Origin: Thermoplasmata archaeon
GTDB lineage: Archaea > Thermoplasmatota > Thermoplasmata > Lutacidiplasmatales > UBA184
Direction of reading: 5' to 3'
Assembly (NCBI GenBank): GCA_035625085.1
Contig: DASPQG010000041.1
Coordinates: 1 to 53,615, forward strand
DNA: 53,615 nt
The notes under the pieces were generated by a model, which worked only from the letters and a program-made list of their open reading frames with translations, searched no databases and was not told the DNA's origin. Of this stretch, positions 44,234 through 53,366 are shown one piece after another (the first letter of the stretch is position 1; every line of letters starts with the position of its first letter). Position numbers and translations under genes: made by a program.

Positions 44234-45052
44234 GTGTCGGCTGCCGCCCCACCCCCCACGGCCGCCCCTCCGGCGAAACCCGCGCCCGCGGCACCGGGCG
44301 CCCCGCCCGCGCGACCGCGCCCTCGCCTGGGCGAGCTGCACGATTCCGGAACCGTCCGCCGGGACTCCGTCGACGCGGACCGCTGGGTCGCTACGGGCCT
44401 CGTCAAGGTGACGGGGGACGTGAATCTCGGAGACGGGAAGCTCGACGGGACGATCTCGGTCGGCGGGCGTCTCTCGTCCACGAACGTGCTGTATCGAGGT
44501 GTGCTGGACGTCGACGGTGCGGTGGAGACGGGCGGCGCCCTCGCCGGAGTCGGCTCGTTGCGGATCGGATCGACCGTCCACACCGTTACCGCCGACCTCA
44601 AGGGGACGGTTCGGTTGGTCGGGGCGCTCCGCGTCGACCGCGCGATCTCGCTGCGCGGAAGCCTTTCCACTCCGTCCGCCACGGTCGGTGAGCTCGACCT
44701 CGAGGGGGAGGCGCATATTCCCGGGGACCTCGTGGGTCTCCGGGTCCGCGCGTTCCTCAAGGAGGATTCCGAGTTCGGGACGGTGAAGGCCCGCTCGGTC
44801 TCGCTGCGGGGGAAGCCGCCGAACCTGGTCGAGAAGGTCTTCTTCCGGACCCTGACGGTTTCCGTCGACCGCGTCGAGGCGGACGAGGTCGAACTCGAGG
44901 GGGTCGATGTGGAGTTCGTCCGTGCCCCGAAGATCGTGCTGGGCCGGGCGGCCCACGTCACGGAGTACGAGGGGACGATCGTGGAGCGCCACCCGTCGAG
45001 CCGCGTCGGGTTCGAGTCGAAGAGCCGCCCACCGTACGGCCTGCGCCGGTAG
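44234..45052 (+). CDS. bactofilin-like beta-helix protein with Pro/Ala-rich N terminus (tentative)
   Basis: Repetitive G-x-h-x-h-x-G pattern (VTGDVNLGDGKLDGTISVGGRL..LDVDGAVETGG..VRLVGALRVDRAISLRGSL). GGGGGAGG SD precedes the GTG start. Confidence 0.45.
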   Translation: MSAAAPPPTAAPPAKPAPAAPGAPPARPRPRLGELHDSGTVRRDSVDADRWVATGLVKVTGDVNLGDGKLDGTISVGGRLSSTNVLYRGVLDVDGAVETGGALAGVGSLRIGSTVHTVTADLKGTVRLVGALRVDRAISLRGSLSTPSATVGELDLEGEAHIPGDLVGLRVRAFLKEDSEFGTVKARSVSLRGKPPNLVEKVFFRTLTVSVDRVEADEVELEGVDVEFVRAPKIVLGRAAHVTEYEGTIVERHPSSRVGFESKSRPPYGLRR

Positions 45053-45070
45053 GCGGGGCGGGGCCGCTCG

Positions 45071-45079
45071 CCTTTATCT
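45071..45079 (+). promoter_or_regulatory. TATA box CCTTTATCT for ileS
   Basis: First T lies 31 nt upstream of ATG 45104. Confidence 0.5.
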
Positions 45080-45103
45080 CTCCCGGCTTCGTCGCGCCCG
45101 CCC

Positions 45104-48067
45104 ATGCCGGCGGACGAGGAGACCACGGAAGCCCCGTCGCCGCTGATCGTCCAGTCCCGCGTGCTCTCGTACTGGGAGACCACGGGGATTCCCGCCGCCG
45201 TGCTAGAAGGGCGGCCCGACGGGCCCGTCTTCCGGTTCACGGAAGGGCCGCCGACCGCGAACGGCGCTCCGCACGTCGGGCATCTGGTGGCCCGAATCCT
45301 CAAGGACGTCGAGCTCCGCTACCGACGGATGCGGGGCCACCACCTCATCAGCCCGATGGCGGGGTGGGACTGCCAGGGCCTCCCGGTCGAGCTTGAGATC
45401 GAGAAGCGCCACGGCTTGAGGTCGAAGAAGGAGATCGAGGCGTACGGCGTCGAGCGGTTCTGCGAGGAGTGCCGGACGAGCGCGGTAGAGGTCGCTTCCG
45501 TCTGGCGCGAGATGAGCCGGCGGCTCGGCTACTGGCTCGATTACGACCGGGCGTACCGCACGATGGACCCGCCGTACATCGAGAGCGTCTGGTGGTCGCT
45601 CAAGACCCTCTACGACCGCGGGCTCCTCGAGAAGGGGCACTACGTGATCCCGTACTGCCCGCGCTGCGAGACGCCGCTCTCGTCCCACGAGGTGGCCCAG
45701 GGATACCGAGAGGTCACTGACCCCTCGATCTCCGTGACGTTTCCCCTCCATGACCCCCGGGGAGGGAAGCGCGAGCTCCTCGTCTGGACGACCACGCCCT
45801 GGACGCTCCCGGCGAACCTCCTGGTCGCCGTGCGCCACGACCTCGAGTATTCCGTCGTGCGGACCCCCGAAGGACGGGAACTGGTCCTCGCCTCGGCGGC
45901 CGTCCCCCGCTACTTTCCCCACGGCATCGAGATCGTCGAGCGACTGCCGGGGATGCTCCTCGAGGGGCTCACGTACGAACCGCCGTTCGACACCCCCGGG
46001 CCGGCGCCCGGCCGTCACCGGATCGTCGCCGCCGATTTCGTCACGACCGAGGAGGGGACGGGGCTCGTGCACATCGCCCCGAGCTTCGGGATCGACGACC
46101 AGAAGCTCGGCGCGCTCGAAGGGGTGGGGGTCTTCGACCCGCTCGACAGCCGCGGCGTCTTCACCGACGCCGTCCCGCTCGTCCAGGGGAAGTCGTTCAA
46201 GGCGGCCGACCCGATCCTCGTGAAGGACCTCGAGTCCCGAGGCCGCCTCTACGCGCACGGGACCGTCCGCCACACGTACCCGTTCTGCTGGCGGTGCGAC
46301 TCGCCCCTCATCTACCGCGCCGTGGACTCGTGGTTCGTCCGGACGTCCCGGGCGACGGACCGACTGATCCGCCACAACGCGACTGTCCAGTGGATCCCCG
46401 CCCACCTGAGGGAAGGGCGGTTCGGCAACTTCCTCACCGAGGCGAAGGACTGGGCGCTCTCGCGCAGCCGCTACTGGGGCACCCCGCTCCCGATCTGGAT
46501 CTGCCCGGACGGACACGTGACGTGCGTCGGGAGCTTCCAGGAGCTCGCCGAACGGGCCGGGGGCCCGCTCCCCACCCCATTCGACCCGCATCGCGTCACG
46601 GTCGACCGGCTCCGCGTCCGGTGCGCGACCTGCGGGAAGGACTCCCAGCGGGAGCCATACACGATCGATGCGTGGTACGACAGCGGCTCGGCTCCGTTCG
46701 CGCAGTTCCACTACCCGTTCGAGCCCGGCCCGTTCGACCCGAACGCGCCGCTCGACTTCATCGCCGAGGGGCTCGACCAGACCCGGGGATGGTTCTACTC
46801 GCTCCTCGTGATCGCCACGCTCCTGTTCGACCGGCCGGCGTACCGCGCCTGCGTCACGAACGGCCTCGTGCTCGACGAGGGCGGACGGAAGATGTCGAAG
46901 TCGAAGGGGAACACCCTCGAGCCGATGTCGATGCTCGAGCGGTTCGGTGCGGACGCGCTGCGCTGGACGTTCCTCTCGGTCGACTACACCGAGCCGATGC
47001 GGATCGGCGAGACGACGATCCGCAAGACCGCTGCCCGGACCCTCGGGACGCTCTCGAACGTCGTCGCGTTCCACCTCGGGAACGCCCGGGCGGACAGCCT
47101 CGCGCCGGTCGAGCGCCTGCCGATGCCGACCGCGCTCCTCGACCGGTGGCTGCTCTCGCGCCTCGAGTCGACCCGCACCGAGGTCGAGCGGGCGCTCGGA
47201 ACGTACGAGTTCGGCGCGGCCGCCCGGGCGGTCGGCGCGTTCGTCGACGACCTCTCCACGTGGTACCTGCGTCGCTCTCGGCCCCGGTTCTGGGCGGAGG
47301 CGCACGAGGCCGATCGCCAGGCGGCGCACGCCACGCTCTCCTATGTCCTCCTCGGGCTCGGGCGCGTCATCGCGCCGCTGCTCCCGTTCACCTCCGAATG
47401 GCTCCACCAGGAGGTCGGTGAGCGGGGCTACCGGGAGCGGGATGCCTCAGTGCACCGCACCGTCTGGCCGGGTCGGCTCGCGATGAGCAACCCAGCCCTC
47501 GAGGAGGCGATGGCGGAGCTTCGGGTCCTCGTAGAGGTCGGCCGGGAGCTTCGGCACCGCGCCGGGGTCAAATCGCGAATCCCGCTCGCGGAGCTCGTCC
47601 TGTTCGGAGAGGCGACACCGGCGCTCGCGCGCCTCGGACCGGAGGGAGAGGGATTGCTCGCGGACGAGCTGAATGTGAAGCGTCTCTGCCGGGTGTCGGT
47701 CACCGACCGGGGGAACTTCCCCGACGGCGACTGGGTCGTCCGGGAGGACGACGGAACGCCGGTCGCCGCCCTTCCGCGGGCGCCGACCCCGGAGCTTGCC
47801 GAGGAAGGTCTCGCGCGCGAGGTCGCTCGCCGCCTCCAGCAGACCCGGAAGGAGATGGGGCTTGAGTACACCGAGAAGGTCGGGATCACCGTCGCGGCCA
47901 CGGGAGCGCTCTACCGGGCGCTTTCCGCCCGGAAGGCCACGCTCGCGCACGACCTGCTGGCCGACCCGTTCGAGGTCACCGAAACGGCGCTCCCCGCGGA
48001 CGCGTCGGTCCGCGAGTGGGACCTCGACGGGGTCACTTTCTCCGCGCGCGTGGTGCGTCGGTCGTAG
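45104..48067 (+). CDS. ileS: isoleucine--tRNA ligase
   Basis: HIGH-type motif PHVGH, GWDCQGLPVE, editing and Zn motifs CWRCDSPL, and KMSKS. ATG lies 31 nt after the first T of CCTTTATCT (45071-45079). Confidence 0.85.
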   Translation: MPADEETTEAPSPLIVQSRVLSYWETTGIPAAVLEGRPDGPVFRFTEGPPTANGAPHVGHLVARILKDVELRYRRMRGHHLISPMAGWDCQGLPVELEIEKRHGLRSKKEIEAYGVERFCEECRTSAVEVASVWREMSRRLGYWLDYDRAYRTMDPPYIESVWWSLKTLYDRGLLEKGHYVIPYCPRCETPLSSHEVAQGYREVTDPSISVTFPLHDPRGGKRELLVWTTTPWTLPANLLVAVRHDLEYSVVRTPEGRELVLASAAVPRYFPHGIEIVERLPGMLLEGLTYEPPFDTPGPAPGRHRIVAADFVTTEEGTGLVHIAPSFGIDDQKLGALEGVGVFDPLDSRGVFTDAVPLVQGKSFKAADPILVKDLESRGRLYAHGTVRHTYPFCWRCDSPLIYRAVDSWFVRTSRATDRLIRHNATVQWIPAHLREGRFGNFLTEAKDWALSRSRYWGTPLPIWICPDGHVTCVGSFQELAERAGGPLPTPFDPHRVTVDRLRVRCATCGKDSQREPYTIDAWYDSGSAPFAQFHYPFEPGPFDPNAPLDFIAEGLDQTRGWFYSLLVIATLLFDRPAYRACVTNGLVLDEGGRKMSKSKGNTLEPMSMLERFGADALRWTFLSVDYTEPMRIGETTIRKTAARTLGTLSNVVAFHLGNARADSLAPVERLPMPTALLDRWLLSRLESTRTEVERALGTYEFGAAARAVGAFVDDLSTWYLRRSRPRFWAEAHEADRQAAHATLSYVLLGLGRVIAPLLPFTSEWLHQEVGERGYRERDASVHRTVWPGRLAMSNPALEEAMAELRVLVEVGRELRHRAGVKSRIPLAELVLFGEATPALARLGPEGEGLLADELNVKRLCRVSVTDRGNFPDGDWVVREDDGTPVAALPRAPTPELAEEGLAREVARRLQQTRKEMGLEYTEKVGITVAATGALYRALSARKATLAHDLLADPFEVTETALPADASVREWDLDGVTFSARVVRRS

Positions 48068-48689
48068 CCTCGGGGGAACCCTCTCGGACGACGTCTCCGC
48101 CGGGGGAAACCTCGTGGAAGATCTCCGCTTCGAACCGGCGGATCCGGACGCGGGGGTCCTGCCACGAGCGGGGCGGGAGTCCGGCCTTCTCGCACGTCCC
48201 GTCCAGGAGCTCCTCGGCGCTCCATCCCTCTTCGGGGGCGACCTGCGGAAGGAGAAGGCCGCTCGACCCGAGGCCATCGACGATCAGCCCGTCCCGGCCG
48301 ACCTTCACGGCGCGGATCGCCTCTTCCGGTGTCGAGAACTGGAGCGGCTCGGGGGGCGTCAGCACGGAGACCTCGATCGTGAGACGGGGGAGCTCCGAGG
48401 CCGGGACGGGGCGGAAGCGATAGTCCTCGACGGCGGCGGAGACGGTTGCCCGGACGAGCGCCGAACGGAGCGGCAGCACGGGGAGCGGGTAACCGATGCA
48501 GCCTCGGAGCATCCCCGAGGGGTGTCGCTTCAACGTCACGAAGACGCCCCGGGGCTCGTTGAACACCGCCGGAAGACGCTCCGCCTCAACCGAGCTCAGC
48601 GACTCCGGCGCGGAGGGGGCGTGCAGGGCGGCCTCCAGGGCTCGCCGCGCAAGGCGGACCGCGGCCACTCCCTCGTCGACCGACAGCAC
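48033..48689 (-). CDS. AMMECR1-domain protein
   Basis: GVFVTLKRHPSGMLRGCIGYPLP signature. GTG start. The 3' end overlaps ileS convergently by 35 nt. Confidence 0.8.
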   Translation of the reverse strand: MLSVDEGVAAVRLARRALEAALHAPSAPESLSSVEAERLPAVFNEPRGVFVTLKRHPSGMLRGCIGYPLPVLPLRSALVRATVSAAVEDYRFRPVPASELPRLTIEVSVLTPPEPLQFSTPEEAIRAVKVGRDGLIVDGLGSSGLLLPQVAPEEGWSAEELLDGTCEKAGLPPRSWQDPRVRIRRFEAEIFHEVSPGGDVVREGSPEATTDAPRARRK

Positions 48690-48744
48690 GGAAGCGGGAG
48701 CGGGGGACGGGCGGAAAGCCTCTTCGGGATGGGCGGGGGCGGAC

Positions 48745-48754
48745 GCTTTATAGC
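48745..48754 (+). promoter_or_regulatory. TATA box GCTTTATAGC for rpl40e
   Basis: First T lies 32 nt upstream of ATG 48779. Confidence 0.5.
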
Positions 48755-48778
48755 CCGGCTTGAGTGGGCGGCCCTCCC

Positions 48779-48931
48779 ATGCCGTTCCCCGAAGCGGTCG
48801 AGCGCCTGCTCAACAAGAAGATCTGCATGAACTGCTCGGCCCGGAATCCGCCGAAGGCCGTGCAGTGCCGCCGCTGCGGGTATCACGGTCTCCGCGTGAA
48901 GTCGCGGGAACGCTCGGGGAAGACCCAGTGA
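48779..48931 (+). CDS. rpl40e: 50S ribosomal protein L40e
   Basis: 50-aa ORF, below the ORF-track cutoff: [50 protein letters not shown], with the typical L40e C4 zinc ribbon. ATG lies 32 nt after the first T of GCTTTATAGC. Confidence 0.8.
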   Translation: MPFPEAVERLLNKKICMNCSARNPPKAVQCRRCGYHGLRVKSRERSGKTQ

Positions 48932-48953
48932 TTCTGCCGCGGGCCGACTGCGG

Positions 48954-49736
48954 CTAAAGCCGTTCTTCGGCGCCGGGCGTGAACGGAGCCGAGTTCCCGT
49001 TTCGGATCTCGCGAGCGAGCGCGAAGCGCTTCTCAGCAAGGAACACCAAGTTCCGGGTCCCATCCCTCCAGCTCGAGAGCTTGGGCGGTCCCCAGCGCTC
49101 TCGGTACTGGATCGGGACCTCAACGAATCGGACGCCCTGCACGATCGCTTCGATCTTCAGCTCCTCGCTGAACGCCATCCCGTCGGCGCTCGGTCGGATC
49201 TTTTCGAGGAGCTCGCGTCGGAACACCCAGAAGCCGCTCTGGCTGTCCTCGAGACCGTCCGGAAGGGCCTTGAGGAACCGGTGATAGAACACCCCGAGCA
49301 CCAGGTTCAGGATGCCGTTCCCGACCCGATGTTCGGTGGTCATCGCCTTCCGGTCGAGGTAGGCGAACCGGTTGCCCGTGAGGAAGTCGAGGTGATCGTC
49401 GAGCAGCTTCTTCACGAGCCCGGGAATCGTCTCGACCGGGTACGTCGCGTCGCCATCGGCGGTTGCGATGACGTCGCCCTTCGCCGCCGAGAAGCCGGTC
49501 TTGTACGCGCGCCCGTACCCCTTACGCCGCTCGACGAGGACCCGGGCGCCCTCCGCTTCCGCGATCGCCCCGGTGCCGTCCTCGGAAGCGCCGTCGACCA
49601 CGAGGACCTCCCAATCGAGGGGGGCCCCTCGGAAGATGGTGTCGTTCGCCTCGACCGCGGCGGTCCGGAACAGCCGCAGAACGTGGGCGATCGACGCCGC
49701 CTCGTTGAGGGTGGGGATCACGAGGGTCGCTCGCAT
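48954..49736 (-). CDS. family 2 glycosyltransferase (dolichyl-phosphate sugar synthase-like)
   Basis: MRATLVIPTLNEAASI...VLVVDGASEDGT...ATADGDATYP. The internal ATG 49736 is preferred because the upstream extension is not protein-like. ACTTTAAGCG box at 49772-49763. Confidence 0.75.
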   Translation of the reverse strand: MRATLVIPTLNEAASIAHVLRLFRTAAVEANDTIFRGAPLDWEVLVVDGASEDGTGAIAEAEGARVLVERRKGYGRAYKTGFSAAKGDVIATADGDATYPVETIPGLVKKLLDDHLDFLTGNRFAYLDRKAMTTEHRVGNGILNLVLGVFYHRFLKALPDGLEDSQSGFWVFRRELLEKIRPSADGMAFSEELKIEAIVQGVRFVEVPIQYRERWGPPKLSSWRDGTRNLVFLAEKRFALAREIRNGNSAPFTPGAEERL

Positions 49737-50241
49737 GGGGGAAAGGGAACCGAGCGGCCGGCCGCTTAAAGTCCCTTGGGGCGTCCTCAGGGCCACGAAC
49801 GCCCATCGAGTTTCCTCCTCTCGCGCCCGGAGGTGGGGGAGCTTCCCCACGACCGCCGACGTCGGGATCTGGGCGACCGGCGCCAACCCAGCGGCTCTCT
49901 TCGAGGCACTCGGGCTCGGCCTGTTCGCTCTAATGACCGACCTGAGGAAGGTCCGTCGCACGGAAGAACGGGCGGTGAGCGCGTCGGGCGCGGACCCGGC
50001 GGAGCTCGTCGTCGCCTTCCTGACCGAGCTCATCGTCCTTCAGCAGACCGACGGATTCCTGGCCCGGGACATCCGGGCCCGTCCGATCGGAAACCCGCCG
50101 ACGGCGCTCGTCGCGAGCGTCTCGGGCGAGCCGTTCGACCCGAAACGCCACTCGGCGCGCATCGAGGTGAAGGCGGTGACCCTGCACGGTCTCGTCTTCG
50201 ACGCGGCGCGGGGCCGGGCGCGCGTGATCGTCGATATCTAG
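49735..50241 (+). CDS. archease (RtcB tRNA-ligase activator)
   Basis: ...FPTTADVGIWATGANPAALFEALGLGLFALM...EVKAVTLHGLVFD... The only canonical in-frame start is ATG 49735, which gives a ~36-aa extension. The true start may lie nearer 49795-49830, where no ATG/GTG/TTG exists. Confidence 0.65.
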   Translation: MGEREPSGRPLKVPWGVLRATNAHRVSSSRARRWGSFPTTADVGIWATGANPAALFEALGLGLFALMTDLRKVRRTEERAVSASGADPAELVVAFLTELIVLQQTDGFLARDIRARPIGNPPTALVASVSGEPFDPKRHSARIEVKAVTLHGLVFDAARGRARVIVDI

Positions 50242-50277
50242 TCACGCCGCGCGCGCAGCGGGAGAGCGGAGAGCCGG

Positions 50278-51414
50278 TTACGGCATCCGGTCGACGACCG
50301 CGCGCAGCGCGAGTCCCGGGGACGGGAGCTTCCCGGCCTTCCCGAGAATCCGCTCGATCGCGGCGAAGGTGACGAGGAGGTCCGGCCAGTCGGCGATTCC
50401 CATGTGGCCGATCCGGAAGATCTTGCCGGCGAGCGCCGCCTGGCCTCCCTGGAGGAGGATGTTGTACTGGCGCTCGAGCACCTTGCGGAATTCGGGGTCG
50501 CCCATCCCCGGGGGATTCTTCACGGCGGTGACCGTGTCGGAGGCGAACCGCTTGTCCGGGAACAGCTCGAGGCCGAGCGCCGCGATGGCCGCCCGCGACG
50601 CCTCCGCAAGCTGGTGAGTCCGCTCGAGCCGGTGCTCGAGCCCCTCCTCTTTGAGGAGCAATAGCGCCTCACGCAACGCGAGGAAGAGCGGGACCGCCGG
50701 GGTCCACGGGGTATCGTTCTTCTCGAGCGATTTCAGATGCGCCGCGAGGTCAAGGTAGAACGTCCCCGGATGAAGGGCGGCGACCGCCCGGTCGGAGAGG
50801 TGGACCAGCGCGAGCCCGGCGGGAGCGGCGAGGCCCTTCTGACTCCCGGCGACGACCGCGTCGACGCCCCACTTCTCGATCGGGAGCGGGATTCCGGCCA
50901 CCGCGCTGATCCCGTCGACGAGGAAGAGCGCCCCTGAGTCGTGGATGGCGGGCGCGATCGCGCCGAGGTCGTTCGCGAGGCCGACGCTGGTCTCGTTGTG
51001 GACGAGGCAGACCGCCTTCACGTCGCCCTTCGCGAGCTCCGCCTTCACCGAATCCGCCGGGACGGCCTGGCCCCACGGCGCGGAGAGCGTCGTCACGTTG
51101 GAGGCGCACCGACGGACGATCGAGTTCGTCCGGTCCCCGAAGTTCCCGTTCGTGAGGACGAGCGTGCGCCCGTCCTTCGGGACCAGGGACGAGTACATCG
51201 CCTCGAGGCCGGCGGTTCCGCTGCCCGAGATGATCACCTGGTGCCCCTTCGCCCCGAACAGGACCGGCAGGAGCTCCCGGATCTCCGCGACGATCCCGTG
51301 GAAGTAGTCGCCCCGGTGGTTGAGCGACGGCATCGACATCGCGCGGAGGACGCGCGGGTGGATCCGCACGGGTCCGGCGATGAGGAACGTCGTGGTCTCC
51401 GGGTCGAACGTCAT
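50278..51414 (-). CDS. class V aminotransferase (serine-pyruvate / phosphoserine aminotransferase type)
   Basis: 378 aa with the PLP-lysine motif VVAGSQKGLAAPAG. ATGA overlap with the upstream dehydrogenase gene. Confidence 0.75.
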   Translation of the reverse strand: MTFDPETTTFLIAGPVRIHPRVLRAMSMPSLNHRGDYFHGIVAEIRELLPVLFGAKGHQVIISGSGTAGLEAMYSSLVPKDGRTLVLTNGNFGDRTNSIVRRCASNVTTLSAPWGQAVPADSVKAELAKGDVKAVCLVHNETSVGLANDLGAIAPAIHDSGALFLVDGISAVAGIPLPIEKWGVDAVVAGSQKGLAAPAGLALVHLSDRAVAALHPGTFYLDLAAHLKSLEKNDTPWTPAVPLFLALREALLLLKEEGLEHRLERTHQLAEASRAAIAALGLELFPDKRFASDTVTAVKNPPGMGDPEFRKVLERQYNILLQGGQAALAGKIFRIGHMGIADWPDLLVTFAAIERILGKAGKLPSPGLALRAVVDRMP

Positions 51415-52361
51415 CGCGCGCCTCCCGGAGCCGGCACGAGCGCGGTCAGCGGCTCCCCCCGGAGCGCCCGCAGCACCTCGTCCACGGTGTCGGTGCCGGC
51501 GCGCTGCTGCGCCTCGTGGGTCGAAGCGCCAAGGTGCGGGGTCGGGATCACGTTCGGGTGCGCGAGCAGTTCACGGTTCATGGGAGGTTCCACCTCATAG
51601 ACGTCCAGCGCGGCGCCGGCGAGCCGGCCCGACGAGAGGGCCGAGAGCAAGGCGGCCTCGTCGACGAGGGCGCCGCGTGCGACATTGACGAGGAAGGCCC
51701 CGGGCTTCATCCGCTCGAACGCCCGCGCGTCCATGAGGTGACGGTTCTCGGGGGTCGCGGCGGCATGGAGGCTCACGATGTCGGCCCGGGCGAGGAGGTC
51801 GTCGAGCGGGACCATCTCGGTCGCGTCGCCCGACTTCGGAACGAACGGATCGTAGGCGATCGCCCGCGCGTGGAACGGCTCGAGGCGCCGAGCGACCTCA
51901 CGGGCGATTCGACCGTAGCCCACGAACCCGACCGTCTTCCCCGCAAGCTCGCGGCCGTGCGTCCCTCGCTCCCACTTGCCGGCGCGCGTCGACGCGATGG
52001 ACGAGGAGAGACCACGGACGAGCAGGAGGTAGAAGGCGATCGTCAGCTCGGCGACGCTCTGGGTCGCCGCCGCGGGGGCGTTCACCACGCGGATCCCCCG
52101 CTTCGCGGTCGCCGCGAGATCGACGTTGTCGACCCCGACCCCGGCCCGGGCGACGAACTCGAGATGAGGGGCCTTCGCGAGCAGGTCGGCCGTGACCTTG
52201 GTTCGGCTCCGTACGATAAGCCCCCAGGCGTCCGCGAGGTGGCCCGGCAGCGACGCGGGGTCCGCGCTCGCATCGACGACCCGACACGGTCCGCTCTTCA
52301 ATCGGTCGAGCGCCTCCCGGTCAATCGGGTCGGCGATTACGACCACGCGCTCTGCGGGCAC
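51411..52361 (-). CDS. serA: D-3-phosphoglycerate dehydrogenase-like 2-hydroxyacid dehydrogenase (short form, no ACT domain)
   Basis: GKTVGFVGYGRIAREVA NAD motif and ...NVARGALVDE...HLGAST. GTG start lies 29 nt after the first T of GGTTTTCAAGG. Confidence 0.7.
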   Translation of the reverse strand: MPAERVVVIADPIDREALDRLKSGPCRVVDASADPASLPGHLADAWGLIVRSRTKVTADLLAKAPHLEFVARAGVGVDNVDLAATAKRGIRVVNAPAAATQSVAELTIAFYLLLVRGLSSSIASTRAGKWERGTHGRELAGKTVGFVGYGRIAREVARRLEPFHARAIAYDPFVPKSGDATEMVPLDDLLARADIVSLHAAATPENRHLMDARAFERMKPGAFLVNVARGALVDEAALLSALSSGRLAGAALDVYEVEPPMNRELLAHPNVIPTPHLGASTHEAQQRAGTDTVDEVLRALRGEPLTALVPAPGGAR

Positions 52362-52415
52362 GAGCAGGTCGACCCGGACCGCCTTGAAAACCGTTTCCGT
52401 TCGGGAAGGGCCAGG

Positions 52416-53366
52416 CTAGCGGAGCTTTGGCACGCTCGTCGCTTCGAGCGCGTTGCGCACGATGTCGGTCCCGCGGACGCCTCGGATCCACGGCTCCGGC
52501 TTTACGATAATCCGGTGCGCGAGCGCGGGAAGGGCGTACGCCTTGATGTCGTCCGGCAGCACGAAGTCGCGCCCGTCGAGGAGGGCGCGCGCCCGCGACA
52601 GCTTCTGGAGCGCGAGCGAGCCCCGGGGGGAGGCGCCCACCTCGCTCCGCGGGTCGCGTCGCGTGGCCCCCACGAGCTCGACGATGTAGTTGACGAGGCT
52701 CGGGTCGAGCGTGACCTCCTCGACGGACCGCTGCAGCCCCACGAACGTCGCCACGTCGGCGACCCGGGGGACCGTCGCGTTCTCCATCTTGCGTTCCCGC
52801 CGCCGGTCGAGGATCGCCCGTTCCTCTTCGGGAGTCGGGTACCCGATCTTGAGGCGGATCAGGAACCGGTCGACTTGGGCCTCGGGGAGCGGATACGTTC
52901 CTTCGAGCTCGAGCGGATTCTCGGTCGCGAGGACCAGGAACGGCCGTAGGAGCGGGTAGGTCGACCGTTCGCTCGTCACCTGGTACTCCTGCATCGCCTC
53001 GAGGAGCGCCGACTGCACCTTTGGGGGCGCCCGGTTGATCTCGTCCGCTAGGAGGACGTTCGTGAACACCGGACCTTTTCGGAACGCAAACCCGCCGCCG
53101 GCGGGGTCCAGGACCGCGCCGCCCGTGATGTCCTGCGGGAGCAGGTCCGCCGTGAACTGCACCCGCTGGAACTCGAGCCCGAGCGCCGCCGCGAACGACT
53201 TCGCGATCAGCGTCTTGCCGAGCCCGGGGAGGTCCTCGAGCAGGATGTGGCCGTCGGCGACCAGTGCGGTCAGCACCTGTTCGAGCGCGTCTTCCCGCCC
53301 GACAACGGCCGAGTGGACGGCGTCCCGGATCTGGCCCGCCAGCGCCCGACCGTCCATCGAGGTCAC
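52416..53366 (-). CDS. MoxR-family AAA+ ATPase
   Basis: HILLEDLPGLGKT Walker A, LLADEINRAPPKVQSALLEAM Walker B/sensor, and a GTYPLPEAQVDRF... block typical of MoxR-family ATPases. GTG start. Confidence 0.85.
   Translation of the reverse strand: MTSMDGRALAGQIRDAVHSAVVGREDALEQVLTALVADGHILLEDLPGLGKTLIAKSFAAALGLEFQRVQFTADLLPQDITGGAVLDPAGGGFAFRKGPVFTNVLLADEINRAPPKVQSALLEAMQEYQVTSERSTYPLLRPFLVLATENPLELEGTYPLPEAQVDRFLIRLKIGYPTPEEERAILDRRRERKMENATVPRVADVATFVGLQRSVEEVTLDPSLVNYIVELVGATRRDPRSEVGASPRGSLALQKLSRARALLDGRDFVLPDDIKAYALPALAHRIIVKPEPWIRGVRGTDIVRNALEATSVPKLR

Noticed and set aside
48033-48067. 35-nt convergent overlap between ileS and the AMMECR1 gene.
   Set aside because: Both C-terminal tails are poorly conserved and both frames are open in GC-rich DNA. 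This is most likely an ordinary convergent overlap and not a regulatory feature.
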